From: an uncultured Acidobacteriota bacterium
Lineage (GTDB): Bacteria; Acidobacteriota; UBA6911; RPQK01; CBDAPI01
DNA: 64,000 nt
Assembly (NCBI GenBank): GCA_964565865.1
Contig: CAZMGM010000010.1
Span: 5,897-69,896, forward strand
Direction of reading: 5' to 3'
The translations under genes and the position numbers were made by a program. Positions 40,538 to 49,883 of the stretch are shown here, piece by piece. Every line of letters begins with the position of its first letter. Position 1 is the stretch's first letter. Below the pieces are notes generated by a model. It had not been told where the DNA came from and searched no databases. It saw only the letters and a program-made list of their open reading frames with translations.

Positions 40538-41584
40538 ATGACCTCCAACAGGGACCAGGGCAGCCGTGAGGCTGCCGAGAAACAGTCCATCGTGGTGAAG
40601 GGGATACCCGGGACGGTGCCCAGGGGGATCGCCGACTTGTGCACAGCCCGTCTCGTGGAGGCGGTGCGGGAATTGATGGAACTATCCGGCCTTGGTGAGG
40701 TAAAGCTTTTGGTGGGCAGCAACGAGGTTGCCTCCCGGGAGCAACCTGTCGAGCCTCGAGGAGCCGGGAGGGAAGATGAGGTCTCGGTGGAAGAAAGGGC
40801 GGAGCAGTATGTTTCGCGACAACCATTTTATGGTTTTGATTTTCTGGTGGTGCCTCAAGAATTGCGGGAGAGCCTGCTTTCTGCCGTTGACCTGGTCAGC
40901 CTGGAAGCACTCGTCTTCGACCGCTGGAATCTGAAGGCTATCGAGCCCTTCCCGCGAACAGCTCTGAACTTCCACGGCCCTCCAGGAACCGGAAAAACTC
41001 TGGCGGCTCATGCTCTGGCTGCGTACCTGAAGCGTCCCATTCTGCTAGCCAGCTATGGACAGATCGAAAGCAAATACGTGGGGGACGGAGCCAAGAATAT
41101 CGAGGCGGTCTTTTTCGCTGCCCGCAGAGACAAGGCCGTTCTCTTTATCGACGAGGCCGATTCCTTGCTTTCCCGGCGCCTGACCAACGTAACGCAGGGA
41201 GCGGAACAGGCCATTAACTCGATGCGAAGTCAACTCCTGGTCTGCCTGGAACAGTTTACCGGCATCGCGATTTTTGCGACCAACCTGGTTGAGAACTACG
41301 ACAGGGGATTCGAAACCCGGGTCCGAAATCTTTACTTCCCCCTGCCCGACCAGGATTCACGGCGGGAGATCTGGCAGCGGCACCTGCCCGAACAGCTGCC
41401 CCTGGCCGGGGATGTTTCGATCGATGAACTTGCCAAGATCAACCATGTATGCGGTCGGGACATTAAGAACGCCGTTATCGACGCCGCACTGCGTGCGGCC
41501 AGGGGGGACCAGGCGTCTGTCTCACAGAAGGATCTGTTTGGTGCCATAGAGCGAGTCAAGTCCGCCCGTATCGAGCTCGGATAG
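40538..41584 (+). CDS. Single-domain AAA+ ATPase
   Basis: Walker A GPPGTGKT, SKYVG pore loop, Walker B LFIDEADS, ATN sensor 1. Confidence 0.88.
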   Translation: MTSNRDQGSREAAEKQSIVVKGIPGTVPRGIADLCTARLVEAVRELMELSGLGEVKLLVGSNEVASREQPVEPRGAGREDEVSVEERAEQYVSRQPFYGFDFLVVPQELRESLLSAVDLVSLEALVFDRWNLKAIEPFPRTALNFHGPPGTGKTLAAHALAAYLKRPILLASYGQIESKYVGDGAKNIEAVFFAARRDKAVLFIDEADSLLSRRLTNVTQGAEQAINSMRSQLLVCLEQFTGIAIFATNLVENYDRGFETRVRNLYFPLPDQDSRREIWQRHLPEQLPLAGDVSIDELAKINHVCGRDIKNAVIDAALRAARGDQASVSQKDLFGAIERVKSARIELG

Positions 41585-41638
41585 TTGTTGGGAGATCCAC
41601 CCTGGAGCGCGACCGCGCGCGACTTTTACCACGGACTG

Positions 41639-42001
41639 CTAGAGCCGTCGGGCGGTAAGCTGGCGGGTTGCTTCTCGAGTCTTCTGAACCAGGTGAAGTA
41701 CTTCCTCCAGAAGCTCCCCCGTATAATGAAGCGTGAGGTCGGTTTTCCCGACGGAGAGGGTAACTTTGAAAGATAGAGCCACGCCCTGCACTTGACCGTT
41801 CTCTACAGGCAGGGATCCTCTTCCCAAAACTACGGTCCCCTCCAAACGCCCTTCTTTCTCCTTGAATTGGCAAGTTACTGTTCTCTGGTCGCCGCGGGCG
41901 CCTTGGAATTCAGTCTGTCAAGAGCCTTCAATGCCATGGGCAGCGAGAAGGGGAAGCTGAGAGAATAAGCTGATGGCAGCTGCGAGCAGTGTTTTCCGTA
42001 T
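41639..42001 (-). pseudogene. Small secreted beta-rich protein with ATA start and in-frame TGA (41918-41920)
   Basis: IRKTLLAAAISLFSQLPLLAAHGIEGS*QTEFQGARGDQRTVTCQFKEKEGRLEGTV...LSFKVTL...YTGEL...LTARRL; signal peptide followed by a protein-like frame. Confidence 0.65.
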
Positions 42002-42008
42002 GGGGAGT

Positions 42009-42452
42009 CTAGTGGACTGTAACGCGTGAATCGTTGTCCGATCCGCTTTGGGAACTGAGGCGCCGCCTTTTGCGCTCGACATGGCGACGATGGCGTTCTT
42101 CCCACCGGGCCAGTTGATCCTTGTATAGGGACCTCTGGTCACTATCGAGCAGCGGCTCGATAGCGTTCTGGGACTGAGAGAGGAGTTCATGAATTCGGGG
42201 GACCATACCTTTTCGGAGCTCAGCAAGTTCCGAGCGGCACTGTTCCAGAATCTTCTCGACCGAACCCCACTGCTCATCAGTGAGATCCATTCCCGAGTAG
42301 AACGAGTGTGAGAGTGGGGAGGTCTTGCCCTGGTATGATTTTTTCTCGTCAGCGGTGGGCCTCAGATCGAGAGTGTTGGACACGATGGCACCCGTGAGGA
42401 AACCCAGAGAAAAAAGTAACGCCACACCTACGAAACGCTTCCAGAAACTCAT
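42009..42452 (-). CDS. Spy/CpxP-like periplasmic helical protein
   Basis: N-terminal TM segment, LTDEQ and LDSDQ motifs (LTxxQ-like); follows the anti-sigma gene. Confidence 0.65.
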   Translation of the reverse strand: MSFWKRFVGVALLFSLGFLTGAIVSNTLDLRPTADEKKSYQGKTSPLSHSFYSGMDLTDEQWGSVEKILEQCRSELAELRKGMVPRIHELLSQSQNAIEPLLDSDQRSLYKDQLARWEERHRRHVERKRRRLSSQSGSDNDSRVTVH

Positions 42453-42453
42453 T

Positions 42454-42807
42454 TCATCCCCCCCCTTCCGCATGCAGGATTGCCTCGACTATCGTGTCTC
42501 CCTCCAGGTTTTCACTCAAAAGCACCACTACTTCGTCATCACCATCCGGAATAGTGGGCCCTGCAGACTGGTAGCCTACCAGCAGCGTGAGGCACATCAG
42601 AAAACTGCAGATTCCGGTTACCGGAGCCAACCTCCAGCACCAGACCCCGAGAGTCTGCGGCTCGATACGAACACCCTCTCTCAGCTTCTGGTAAAAACCT
42701 ACAAGGAAGGTCTCATCCTCGCTGTGTTCAGAAAACTTCACCTGGCGGAAAACTCTCTCCAGGAATAGCTCCACCTCTTTCCACTGTTCTCGCTTTCTTG
42801 CAGGCAT
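42454..42807 (-). CDS. Putative single-pass anti-sigma factor
   Basis: One TM helix; directly downstream of the ECF sigma gene. Confidence 0.55.
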   Translation of the reverse strand: MPARKREQWKEVELFLERVFRQVKFSEHSEDETFLVGFYQKLREGVRIEPQTLGVWCWRLAPVTGICSFLMCLTLLVGYQSAGPTIPDGDDEVVVLLSENLEGDTIVEAILHAEGGG

Positions 42808-42810
42808 AGT

Positions 42811-43494
42811 TCATTCCTCGCGGACAATCTCTAGCTGATTCAAGTAGTTCCGCAGAGCGCGGCGGGCCCGAAATGCCCTCACCTTGACATTCGTGTTACT
42901 CCATCCCAACGTCGAAGCAACTTCCTTGACGCTTCGTCCTTCCCCGTAAATCAGGTGCAGGACCAGACGGTCCTTTGGAGCTATTCGCTGGAGGACCTTG
43001 CTGATAAGCTCCTTTGCGACCAGGTGGTCTCGGAAGCGAGGCTCTGAATAGGTTCCCTCCCGATACAACTTCCTTTCCAGCCAGTCCTGCTCTGTCCGTG
43101 TAAGGTCCGTCTCGGTTTGCTGAGGTCTCCGTGCCTGCTTGCGCATCTGATCCAGGCAGAGATTAATCGTGATCCGGTACAGCCAATTTCGAAAAGGAAC
43201 ACCCGGCCTAAGCTTTTCCATATTCGTAAAGGCCCGAACAAAGGCATCCTGAGCCATATCCTCGGCGTCAGCAGCATCAGGGAAAAAACGCCAGGCTACG
43301 GCGGTTATCTTGCGTCGATAGCGCAAAACCAGACTGTCAAAGGCGGTCAGGTCACCGGCTTGCATCCTTTTCACTAGCTCTTCGTCGGCCACCTGCGCCG
43401 GGACAGACGAATTCCCGAACTCAGAAACCGATGCTACGTCCGGGCTCGATACCGCCACGCGATAGTGTCCGCTGTTTGCCATTACGCTGAGCAT
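42811..43494 (-). CDS. ECF RNA polymerase sigma factor
   Basis: DAEDMAQDAF, WLYRITINLCLD, region 4 SVKEVA...NVKVRAFRAR. Confidence 0.93.
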   Translation of the reverse strand: MLSVMANSGHYRVAVSSPDVASVSEFGNSSVPAQVADEELVKRMQAGDLTAFDSLVLRYRRKITAVAWRFFPDAADAEDMAQDAFVRAFTNMEKLRPGVPFRNWLYRITINLCLDQMRKQARRPQQTETDLTRTEQDWLERKLYREGTYSEPRFRDHLVAKELISKVLQRIAPKDRLVLHLIYGEGRSVKEVASTLGWSNTNVKVRAFRARRALRNYLNQLEIVREE

Positions 43495-43518
43495 CTAGAT
43501 TACAACAGCTACAAAAAA

Positions 43519-43545
43519 AACGCTCCGGCGGTTGGATTGGTTACA
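43519..43545 (-). promoter_or_regulatory. Putative ECF-type autoregulatory promoter
   Basis: Minus strand TGTAAC-N17-CGTT directly upstream of the sigma gene; fits the AAC/CGT ECF pattern. Confidence 0.55.
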
Positions 43546-43682
43546 TTCGGAGAGGGCCTGGTTAGCGTTTGACCGTTACTGGTTTCCTGTTTGAAAGTTG
43601 CAGGTTCTTGGAAATTTACCCTGGGGACGGGAGACCCGTGGGACTGTCAACGCGGGCTGCGTCTTTGCTGTATCATTCAGTT

Positions 43683-44276
43683 ATGAGTCGGTGGTCGTTT
43701 ACAGGCGGGATTTTCCTGTTGGCAGTCGGCTTTGTCAGTGCTAAATACAAGATCAAGGACATTCCGGTCAAGGCGGCCGCCGAATACCCGTCTCATCAGT
43801 CACTTCAGAATATCGTCATCGGGGCTGAGGCCTTCGACCGGCAAGACGAAATCCTGTCGGCCTTTGATACTAAGAAACTTCACGAGAAAGGGATCATGCC
43901 CGTATTCGTGGTGGTCGAAAACAACAATGAGTTCGCGATTCGGATCTCAGGAAAAGACATCTACTTGAACGATGCCGGCCACAACTATCCGTCATTACCG
44001 TACACACGGGTTCTTCTGAGCATCGCCAAGAAAAAGAAATCAACTTATCCGATCCACGACGACATCTTCCTGGGCCAGCTCAAGAATAAGAACATGGTGG
44101 CCGACTTCGAGAGAAAGGATTTTGGTGAAAGACTGATCCCTCCACACGGTAGCGATTCGGGAGTGGTCTTCTTTGAATGGTTGCAGCTTCAGGACGATAC
44201 TCGAATCTACATTTCGAACATCACCAATCTCGACTCTCAGGAGAGTCTGATGTTCTTTGAATTCCCGCTTCAATGA
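43683..44276 (+). CDS. Secreted hypothetical protein
   Basis: Signal peptide MSRWSFTGGIFLLAVGFVSA; -10 box TATCAT 6 nt upstream. Confidence 0.7.
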   Translation: MSRWSFTGGIFLLAVGFVSAKYKIKDIPVKAAAEYPSHQSLQNIVIGAEAFDRQDEILSAFDTKKLHEKGIMPVFVVVENNNEFAIRISGKDIYLNDAGHNYPSLPYTRVLLSIAKKKKSTYPIHDDIFLGQLKNKNMVADFERKDFGERLIPPHGSDSGVVFFEWLQLQDDTRIYISNITNLDSQESLMFFEFPLQ

Positions 44277-44310
44277 CTCGCAGCCGGCCACGGGCCGTCT
44301 CCCCTCTCTG

Positions 44311-45606
44311 ATGAGCAACATTTCTCCTTTGAGATTCAGTCAGGAAACCCTTAAGAACGGCCTGGACATCGTATTGCACGTTGACAGGCGGGTTCCGCTC
44401 GCCCATGTAACTCTGCACTACCGGGTCGGGTCCAGCCATGAAGAACCCGGCAAATCCGGGTTGGCTCACCTTTTCGAGCACATGATGTTCCAGGGCTCGG
44501 AAAACGTGGGAAAGGCCCAGCACGGACGGCACGTCGATGCCGTGGGGGGTCGTTGGAACGCCAGCACCAGCAAGGATCGCACCGGCTATTTTGAAACGGT
44601 TCCTTCCAGCGCCCTGGAACTGGCTCTTTGGCTGGAAGCTGACCGCATGCGCTCCCTGCGAGTCACCGAGGAAAACTTTGAGAACCAGCGAAAGACCGTG
44701 ATTGAGGAGAAGAAGCAAAGCTACGACAATCGGCCCTATGGTGCGGCCCTCTTACGTTTTGACGCTCTCGCCTATGAGAACTGGGCGTATGCCCACCCCA
44801 CTATCGGATCTGTGGACGACCTTAGAAAAGCAACGGTGGAGGACGCGGTGACCTTTCATCGGAAGCACTACGGGCCTGACAACGCGACCCTCGTGGTGGC
44901 CGGGGATATCTCCTTAAAAGAAACACTCGGTTTGGTCCGGAGACATTTTGAAGACATCCATCCCGCTACTGATGCTCGACTTCCTGATTTGAGTGAACCC
45001 CCACAACAGAAGGAGAAGCTGGAGGTGATTAGAGACACACTGGCGCCACTTCCAGCCATTCACGTCGGGTACCACATGCCGCCAGCCGGATCTCCTGCTC
45101 ACTATGCTCTTTCCATGCTCTCTCTCGTCCTGTCAAAAGGTGAATCTTCGCGACTCTATCGCCGCATGATCTATGACAATAACTGGGCTGCCAGCCTCTC
45201 GTCCGGTCCCACACTCTATCGTGGACCTCAGATGTTCGTTTTCTGGTGCCAGGTTCAGGAAAGCGCCCGAGCGCGGAGCGTTCAAAAGGCCCTCGAGGAG
45301 GAGGTTCTCCGCACCACAGAGAAGACGGTCTCGGATGTGGAGCTTGAAAAGGCGAGGAACCAGGTCCTTTACCGATTCGTTTCCAGTCGCGCCACCATTT
45401 ACGGAAAAGGAGAAGCCTTGGCTCAGTACATGACCTTTTTTTCTGATCCCTCGCTCATCAACAACGAGGTGGACCGTTATCTGGGAGTAACTGCCGAGGA
45501 GATACAGAAGACAGCCCGTCAGTTCCTGGTCCCGGCCAATAGAACCACTGTGGTTGTCGAAACGGGGCCCTCACGCCAAGACCAGGAAAGAGCAGCGTCG
45601 CCATGA
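44311..45606 (+). CDS. M16B zinc peptidase, catalytic subunit
   Basis: AHLFEHMMF (HxxEH), NASTS, LWLEADRM. Confidence 0.93.
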   Translation: MSNISPLRFSQETLKNGLDIVLHVDRRVPLAHVTLHYRVGSSHEEPGKSGLAHLFEHMMFQGSENVGKAQHGRHVDAVGGRWNASTSKDRTGYFETVPSSALELALWLEADRMRSLRVTEENFENQRKTVIEEKKQSYDNRPYGAALLRFDALAYENWAYAHPTIGSVDDLRKATVEDAVTFHRKHYGPDNATLVVAGDISLKETLGLVRRHFEDIHPATDARLPDLSEPPQQKEKLEVIRDTLAPLPAIHVGYHMPPAGSPAHYALSMLSLVLSKGESSRLYRRMIYDNNWAASLSSGPTLYRGPQMFVFWCQVQESARARSVQKALEEEVLRTTEKTVSDVELEKARNQVLYRFVSSRATIYGKGEALAQYMTFFSDPSLINNEVDRYLGVTAEEIQKTARQFLVPANRTTVVVETGPSRQDQERAASP

Positions 45607-46970
45607 CCACCCATCCCGGTTACCCAACCAGTCCACCTTCAGTAGGAACCTTGCCCAATGTTGATTACCCGTTCATTGAGGAAAGGCGGCTTCCGAACGG
45701 TCTGACCGTCATGGCCCTTCGAGAGGATCGGCTCCCCCGCGTCTCCATATGTCTGGGGGTTCCCGGGGGGCGGATCGGAAATCCCGGCAACAGTCTGGCC
45801 GCCCTGCAGGTGGGAACGGATCTGCTCTTCGAAGGCACCAGAAAGCGAACCTCCCGGCAACTGGCTGAGCAACTCGACCGATTTGCCATTCAGGCAGACA
45901 CTGATGTCTACATGGAGTCCTGTCGGTTTTTCTTCGCAGTATTGGATTCGTACCTTAAGGAGGCCTTCCAGATTCTGGCAGAGGTTCTCCTTCAACCCTG
46001 TTATGACGCACTCGAGTTCGAAAAACTCAAGGTTCGCTGGACAAGTTTCCTGATCTCCGAGAGAGCACGGCCCGCGATTCTCGCCTCCGAGAGAACTATG
46101 GCTGCGCTTTTTCCCCGCCACCCTTACTCACGGGTCACCATCCCCCTGGATCATTTGAAGAATTTGACCCGGGAGGTTCTGGTCACTGTTTTAGAGCGCC
46201 GGATGGTTCCCAACAATGCCTATCTACTACTGGCGGGACCGATCAGCCTGGAGGATGCCGTTGACCTCGCTGAGAGCCATCTCTCGGCCTGGGAGCCAGG
46301 CCAGGCCCAAGTGCTTACAGTGCCCGATGTGGCAGAGCCGGAGCCCGGCCAGGTATTGCTCGTACACCGTCCTTACTCTGTGCAGTCCCGCTTTGAGGTG
46401 GCCGGCCGGGGACCGGCTCGAACGGCCCCCGATTACTTGGCCTTTGGCCTTGCCAATCAGGTGCTGGGAGGAGGAGCGAGTGCCCGCCTGTTTTTGAACC
46501 TGCGTGAGGATAAAGGCTACACTTACGGAGCTTATAGTCTGCTCCGGGGGTATATGGGATCCGGCTTCTACTCGGCAGCCGCCGATGTGCGATCAGAGGC
46601 GATTCCCGATGCCATTGGCCAGACCCTGGACGAACTAAAGAGAATGCGGGAGGAGGAACCGGAGAAGTCGGAAGTGGAATTGGCCCGTGCCGAACTCATT
46701 GGTGGTTTTGTGCGCAGAATGGAAACGGCAACCGCCATGGGTGGGCTGGAGATGGACCGTCGCCTGGGGCAGCTTGACGAGGAATACTACCGGAACTACA
46801 TCCCATCCCTGCAACAAATGACACCGGCCACGGTGCTGGAATCTTCAGCGCACTACTTCGACCCGGAGAGAGTGGTCATCACGGTGGTGGGTGACGCAGA
46901 CCAACTCCTTTGTCCGCTCCAGAGCCTCGGCACCGTAACGGTGTTTGACACACAGGGCCGCCGGCTCTGA
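45603..46970 (+). CDS. M16B peptidase, non-catalytic partner subunit
   Basis: No HxxEH; LREDKGYTYG (R/Y pair); ATGA overlap with the previous gene. Confidence 0.9.
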   Translation: MTTHPGYPTSPPSVGTLPNVDYPFIEERRLPNGLTVMALREDRLPRVSICLGVPGGRIGNPGNSLAALQVGTDLLFEGTRKRTSRQLAEQLDRFAIQADTDVYMESCRFFFAVLDSYLKEAFQILAEVLLQPCYDALEFEKLKVRWTSFLISERARPAILASERTMAALFPRHPYSRVTIPLDHLKNLTREVLVTVLERRMVPNNAYLLLAGPISLEDAVDLAESHLSAWEPGQAQVLTVPDVAEPEPGQVLLVHRPYSVQSRFEVAGRGPARTAPDYLAFGLANQVLGGGASARLFLNLREDKGYTYGAYSLLRGYMGSGFYSAAADVRSEAIPDAIGQTLDELKRMREEEPEKSEVELARAELIGGFVRRMETATAMGGLEMDRRLGQLDEEYYRNYIPSLQQMTPATVLESSAHYFDPERVVITVVGDADQLLCPLQSLGTVTVFDTQGRRL

Positions 46971-47035
46971 TCGTGTTGCCGGATCAGGAGAGCAGAGCTC
47001 CAGAGCCGATTCAGATGCATGCTACACTCTGCACG

Positions 47036-47818
47036 ATGAGCCAGGTCCTGATTCATCCCACTGCGGTGGTCGACCCCGGAGCCGAGATTGGATCCGGGGT
47101 GCAGGTCGGGCCTTATGCCGTGCTCGAGCAGGATACGGTGATCGGGGATAGATGCACCATTAGTGCGCATGCCGTAATCAAACAGCACACCATCCTCGGG
47201 AGCGGGAACCTGATTGCCGAAGGTGCGGTGCTGGGCGGTGAGCCCCAGGATCTCAAGTACTCGGGCAAGCGCTCCTATCTGCAAATTGGCAACCGAAACG
47301 TCTTTCGGGAAAACGTGACTGTGAATCGCGCCACCGAGCCCGAGGGCCGCACCAAGATTGGCCACAGCTGCTTCCTCATGGCTTATTCTCATGTTGCCCA
47401 CGAGTGCATCGTAGGAAACCATGTTGTCCTGGCCAACAATGTGGCCCTGGCCGGTCACGTTACGCTCGGGGACCATGCCTTCCTGGCAGGAGGTGCGGGG
47501 GTTCATCAGTTTTGCCACGTCGGCAAGATGTCGATGATCGGGGGACAGGCCAAGGTCGTGCAGGATGTGCTCCCCTTTTTTCTAGTCGACGGGGCGCCAG
47601 CCGTTCATCGCAGCCTCAACCTGGTGGGACTAAGGCGCAGCCGGCTGAGTAAAGCACACCTGCGGAGCCTGAAAAAGGCCTACCGAATGCTCGCCTCCAC
47701 CGAACTGAAACTGGCAGGGAAGCTCGAGGAGCTGAAATCCAGGGATTCTCCTTTGTTGGCCGAGTTAGCCAATTTCATCGAATCTTCTGAGCGGGGTATC
47801 TGTAGCTTTTCCCAGTGA
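47036..47818 (+). CDS. lpxA: Acyl-ACP--UDP-N-acetylglucosamine O-acyltransferase
   Basis: IHPTAVV, PQDLKY, MAYSHVAHEC, LAGHV, VHQF hexapeptide repeats. Confidence 0.95.
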   Translation: MSQVLIHPTAVVDPGAEIGSGVQVGPYAVLEQDTVIGDRCTISAHAVIKQHTILGSGNLIAEGAVLGGEPQDLKYSGKRSYLQIGNRNVFRENVTVNRATEPEGRTKIGHSCFLMAYSHVAHECIVGNHVVLANNVALAGHVTLGDHAFLAGGAGVHQFCHVGKMSMIGGQAKVVQDVLPFFLVDGAPAVHRSLNLVGLRRSRLSKAHLRSLKKAYRMLASTELKLAGKLEELKSRDSPLLAELANFIESSERGICSFSQ

Positions 47819-47882
47819 AGCGACAGACTCGGGATGTCCGGGGGCTATGCCGGTGTTCTCGTCGGCCTTCGTTTTCCGTTGC

Positions 47883-48974
47883 TTAAAGAGGCGGAGGGCC
47901 CACTTCCGTAGGGATCTCTCCCGTAAGAGCCTCCAGAAAAGCCTCCAGGTCTGCTCGCGACCAGTTCTCTTCCCCTGTTTCGGTCAGAGGAGACAGCACT
48001 TTCAGCTGAGGTGACAAATGCGGATTCGAGTTGCCTCCCCCGACATAGAAGTCGATGACTTCAGCGAGTGTTTTGAGACTGCCGTCATGCATGTACGGTG
48101 CTGTGAGTGCTATGTTACGAAGGGACGGGGTCTTAAAGGCACCCCGATCCGAGTCCTTACCTGTTACATCGAACCGGCCTAGGTCGGTTAGCTCTCCATC
48201 GTCCCCTACTCCCACACCGATGTTGTGAAAGAGGTTATCCGTGAAGAGCCCCACAACATGGCAAGCAGTGCAATTGCCTTTTTCAGGATTGCGGAAAATC
48301 TCCAGGCCGCGCCGGGAGGCCTTACTGAGCGCTGTCTCATCTCCCCTGTAAAAATATCGGTCAAAAGGCGAATTTCCACTGACGACGGTTCGTTCAAAGG
48401 CAGCGATGGCCTTTCCCACCATTTCATAGCGGATGGGACGAGGCCCGAAGGCCTTCTCAAACAAGGCCCGGTAAGAAGGATCGGCCGCCAAGGTCTTTTC
48501 CACTTCGTCCAGGGTGTGAGCCATTTCAATCGGATTCTGGACAGGGCCCGCGGCCTGATCTTCCAGGCTGGGCGAGCGGCCGTCCCAAAACTGGGAGGTG
48601 TAGAAAGCGGCGTTGAAGACGGTGGGAGCATTCCTGCCGCCCTTCTGACCGTTGACCCCTTCCGAAACGGATTCTCCATCCGAGAAACCAAAGTCCGGGT
48701 TGTGGCAACTGGCACAGGAGATTGTATCGTCCACGGAAAGATGGGTGTCATAAAAAAGCCGACGACCCAGCTCAATGGTTTCAGCGGTCGAAGGATTGTC
48801 GCCTGGGACTGGAATGGGGGGCAGTCCCAGAGGGCTGGCCAGTTCAACCGGCTCCCCGATTGGCAGTGCAGCTGCCGTCTCCATAGAATCATAGTGCGCC
48901 GGGCGGCAGGCGGGAATCATCCAGCCAAGGGTCAATAAAACCAGTACGACGAGAATGAGAGTCAGGTGCTTCAC
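47883..48974 (-). CDS. Di-heme cytochrome c peroxidase (CcpA/MauG family)
   Basis: CASCH and CTACH, QFWDGR, FKTPSLRN, PYMHDG; GTG start with GGAGG RBS. Confidence 0.92.
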   Translation of the reverse strand: MKHLTLILVVLVLLTLGWMIPACRPAHYDSMETAAALPIGEPVELASPLGLPPIPVPGDNPSTAETIELGRRLFYDTHLSVDDTISCASCHNPDFGFSDGESVSEGVNGQKGGRNAPTVFNAAFYTSQFWDGRSPSLEDQAAGPVQNPIEMAHTLDEVEKTLAADPSYRALFEKAFGPRPIRYEMVGKAIAAFERTVVSGNSPFDRYFYRGDETALSKASRRGLEIFRNPEKGNCTACHVVGLFTDNLFHNIGVGVGDDGELTDLGRFDVTGKDSDRGAFKTPSLRNIALTAPYMHDGSLKTLAEVIDFYVGGGNSNPHLSPQLKVLSPLTETGEENWSRADLEAFLEALTGEIPTEVGPPPL

Positions 48975-49103
48975 GGTGTTCCTCCGCTGATGCCTGTCCT
49001 TCGAGCGGGAGAAGCTGATTCTAACGACCTCTGCACAAATTGACAACCTGCAGTGACGGTGAACGTTGGAACATCGGAGGGTTGGAAGGCTATCATTTCA
49101 AAT

Positions 49104-49622
49104 ATGGTGGAAAGCCTTATAGGGATTCTGACAGTTTCGGATCGGGCCAGCCGAGGGGAATACGAAGATCGTGGAGGTCCGGCTGTCGTCAGCTATCTCG
49201 AGGGGAACGTTGTCAGCCCGTTGAGAACTCTTCAGCGAATCGTTTCCGACGACCTGAACGGCATCTGTGACGAATTGAAAAGACTGGCGGATCACCACGG
49301 CTGCAGCCTCATCGTAACTACCGGTGGGACCGGGCCTTCGCTTCGTGACCAGACCCCCGAAGCAACTTGCGCAGTGTGCGAAAAAATGCTGCCCGGCTTT
49401 GGGGAACAAATGCGCCGGGTGTCGGCAGGCAAGGTTCCCACCGCACTGCTTTCGAGACAGACAGCAGGCCTCCGGGGAAACTGTCTGATTCTGAACCTGC
49501 CGGGCAACCCACGAGCCATTGAGGAATGCCTGAATGCCGTTTTCGCTGCAGTTCCACACTGTATCAGATTGATCGGGGGGCCCAGACTAGAGCTCAGAAA
49601 ACCGCCGACACTTCCACACTAG
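49104..49622 (+). CDS. mog: Molybdopterin adenylyltransferase
   Basis: TVSDRAS, TTGGTG, RDQTPEAT, LSRQTAG, NLPG. Confidence 0.92.
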   Translation: MVESLIGILTVSDRASRGEYEDRGGPAVVSYLEGNVVSPLRTLQRIVSDDLNGICDELKRLADHHGCSLIVTTGGTGPSLRDQTPEATCAVCEKMLPGFGEQMRRVSAGKVPTALLSRQTAGLRGNCLILNLPGNPRAIEECLNAVFAAVPHCIRLIGGPRLELRKPPTLPH

Positions 49623-49883
49623 TGGGCTGCCCGCATAGAGAACCGACTCGGATATCTTGCCTGAGGTGTGAATCAGAGCCCCCGGCGGAAGCCGGGCAGG
49701 GAGGATCCTGAGGCAGGCACGCTTTCTTCCGGTTGCTCGGCGGTCCGAAATCTCTCATCGCTTTGACAATCACGCAGTGCAGCCCGGAGGCACCTCCCTT
49801 TGGCGAGACCCCAGAACCCGGATGGCAACACTCCATGGTAACATCTGCACGACTCGAGGAACGCCTGCAGTTTGGGAGCTGAC

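Noticed and set aside
47857-47867. 11-bp match to the tRNA-Asp 3' end as a possible att site
   Set aside because: Too short, housekeeping genes lie between, and there is no integrase.
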